Origin: Ferroacidibacillus organovorans
GTDB lineage: Bacteria > Bacillota > Bacilli > Alicyclobacillales > SLC66
Direction: 5' to 3'
DNA length: 20,000 nt
Assembly: GCF_001642725.1 (NCBI RefSeq)
Contig: NZ_LSUQ01000002.1
Location: forward strand, 115,525 to 135,524
Below the pieces are notes generated by a model that worked only from the letters and a program-made list of their open reading frames with translations, was not told the DNA's origin and ran no database searches. Shown here piece by piece: positions 19,342 through 20,000 of this stretch (positions are counted from its first letter, which is position 1; the number at the start of each line of letters is the position of its first letter). A program made the translations under genes and the position numbers.

Positions 19342-19374
19342 GTGACGGCCGGAAGCACCACTCCCGGCCGTCAC
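19342..19374 (-). terminator. GC-rich hairpin downstream of the integrase remnant
   Basis: GTGACGGCCGG...CCGGCCGTCAC 11-bp stem just past the stop at 19380; no clear U tract. Confidence 0.45.
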
Positions 19375-19379
19375 CAGAA

Positions 19380-19720
19380 CTAGCTCAGCCGATGCTCCAC
19401 AAAGCTAAACTTACTGTGCTGCAGGTTCACATCATGCGAGAACATCTCTACATATATGCGAACCGTCTCCATACTGCTATGGCCAAGTATCCGCTGAAGA
19501 GAGAAAATGTCTCCACCTGCTAAAATGTAATATTTTCCCATTGTATGTCTGAAAGTATGAGGTGACACACGAACGTTTGCAATCCGCGCCTGTTCCCCAT
19601 ACTGCTTGATGAGCTTTTGTATAGTGCCAATGGCAATGGGCTCATTGTCGATGGTCACAAACAGCGCGTCTGTGGGCGCGTTTCCGCGCTCCTTCATGTA
19701 TTTCTGCAGGACTTGGCCCC
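19380..19720 (-). pseudogene. Tyrosine recombinase/integrase, C-terminal fragment
   Basis: ALFVT, SPHTFRHT (HxxR), LQRILGHSS, TVRIY (catalytic Tyr); N-terminal domains and first catalytic Arg absent. Confidence 0.88.
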
Positions 19721-19797
19721 TATTGCCCAGCACTGCTGCGGACGTGTGTGCCCACACGTCGACGCATAAATCCAGCCAAATCATCACCTATAAAATG

Positions 19798-19839
19798 GTA
19801 GCAGGGTTTTTGAGCTCAAAGGCTCAAAAACCCTGCTAC
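19798..19839. repeat. Perfect 18-bp inverted repeat downstream of the tRNA fragment
   Basis: GTAGCAGGGTTTTTGAGC-TCAAAG-GCTCAAAAACCCTGCTAC. Confidence 0.85.
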
Positions 19840-19861
19840 ACTGCGGTGTTTCAGTCTTTTT

Positions 19862-19919
19862 TGGTGTCGAGAGCGGGACTTGAACCCGCACGGGTTACCC
19901 CACACGCCCCTCAAACGTG
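19862..19919 (-). mobile_element. att site: 3' half of tRNA-Leu(GAG)
   Basis: Minus strand CACGT-TTGAGGG-GCGTG anticodon arm, long variable arm, GCGGG-TTCAAGT-CCCGC T arm, TCTCGAC-A-CCA; no D arm or 5' acceptor strand upstream. Confidence 0.88.
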
Positions 19920-20000
19920 AGATTGCGAGAGAAATGTGTTTGATAACTTAATAGTTGACCACGTGGGCGTTCTTTGACAACTGAAAAGTTGACCACCCCA

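Noticed and set aside
19380..19720. Integrase remnant as the cognate cassette recombinase or IntI
   Set aside because: It is truncated, shows no IntI-specific insertion before HxxR, and its tRNA-adjacent position fits an island integrase; no link to the array is shown.
19862..19919. Functional tRNA-Leu gene
   Set aside because: D arm and 5' acceptor strand are missing.

Overview
Bacillota DNA (Bacillus-type AAGGAGG RBSs; probably Alicyclobacillaceae-like, by inference only). (1) 1-7824 is a GC-richer + strand block: APC amine permease, GabD-like aldehyde dehydrogenase, GlnA4-like gamma-glutamyl-amine synthetase and SDR, followed by an EutV/EutW-like ANTAR two-component system. This suggests amine (probably ethanolamine) use by gamma-glutamylation under RNA-antitermination control. 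(2) 7988-13140 is a more AT-rich carbonyl-stress cluster (cupin, truncated CMD protein, two aldo-keto reductases, YqhC-like AraC, extended SDR, and a MerR with an internal stop beside an intact MerR promoter). (3) 13141-20000 is a decaying accessory region ending at a 3'-half tRNA-Leu(GAG) att site, with a small basic ORF, a VapBC-like pair, a frameshifted OB-fold gene and a truncated tyrosine recombinase. Its most striking feature is a run of co-oriented unrelated genes separated by three copies of a ~110-bp tripartite element (left dyad, central ARG-box-like palindrome, right Xer/dif-like 11-6-11 site), resembling an integron-like gene-cassette array with non-attC sites.
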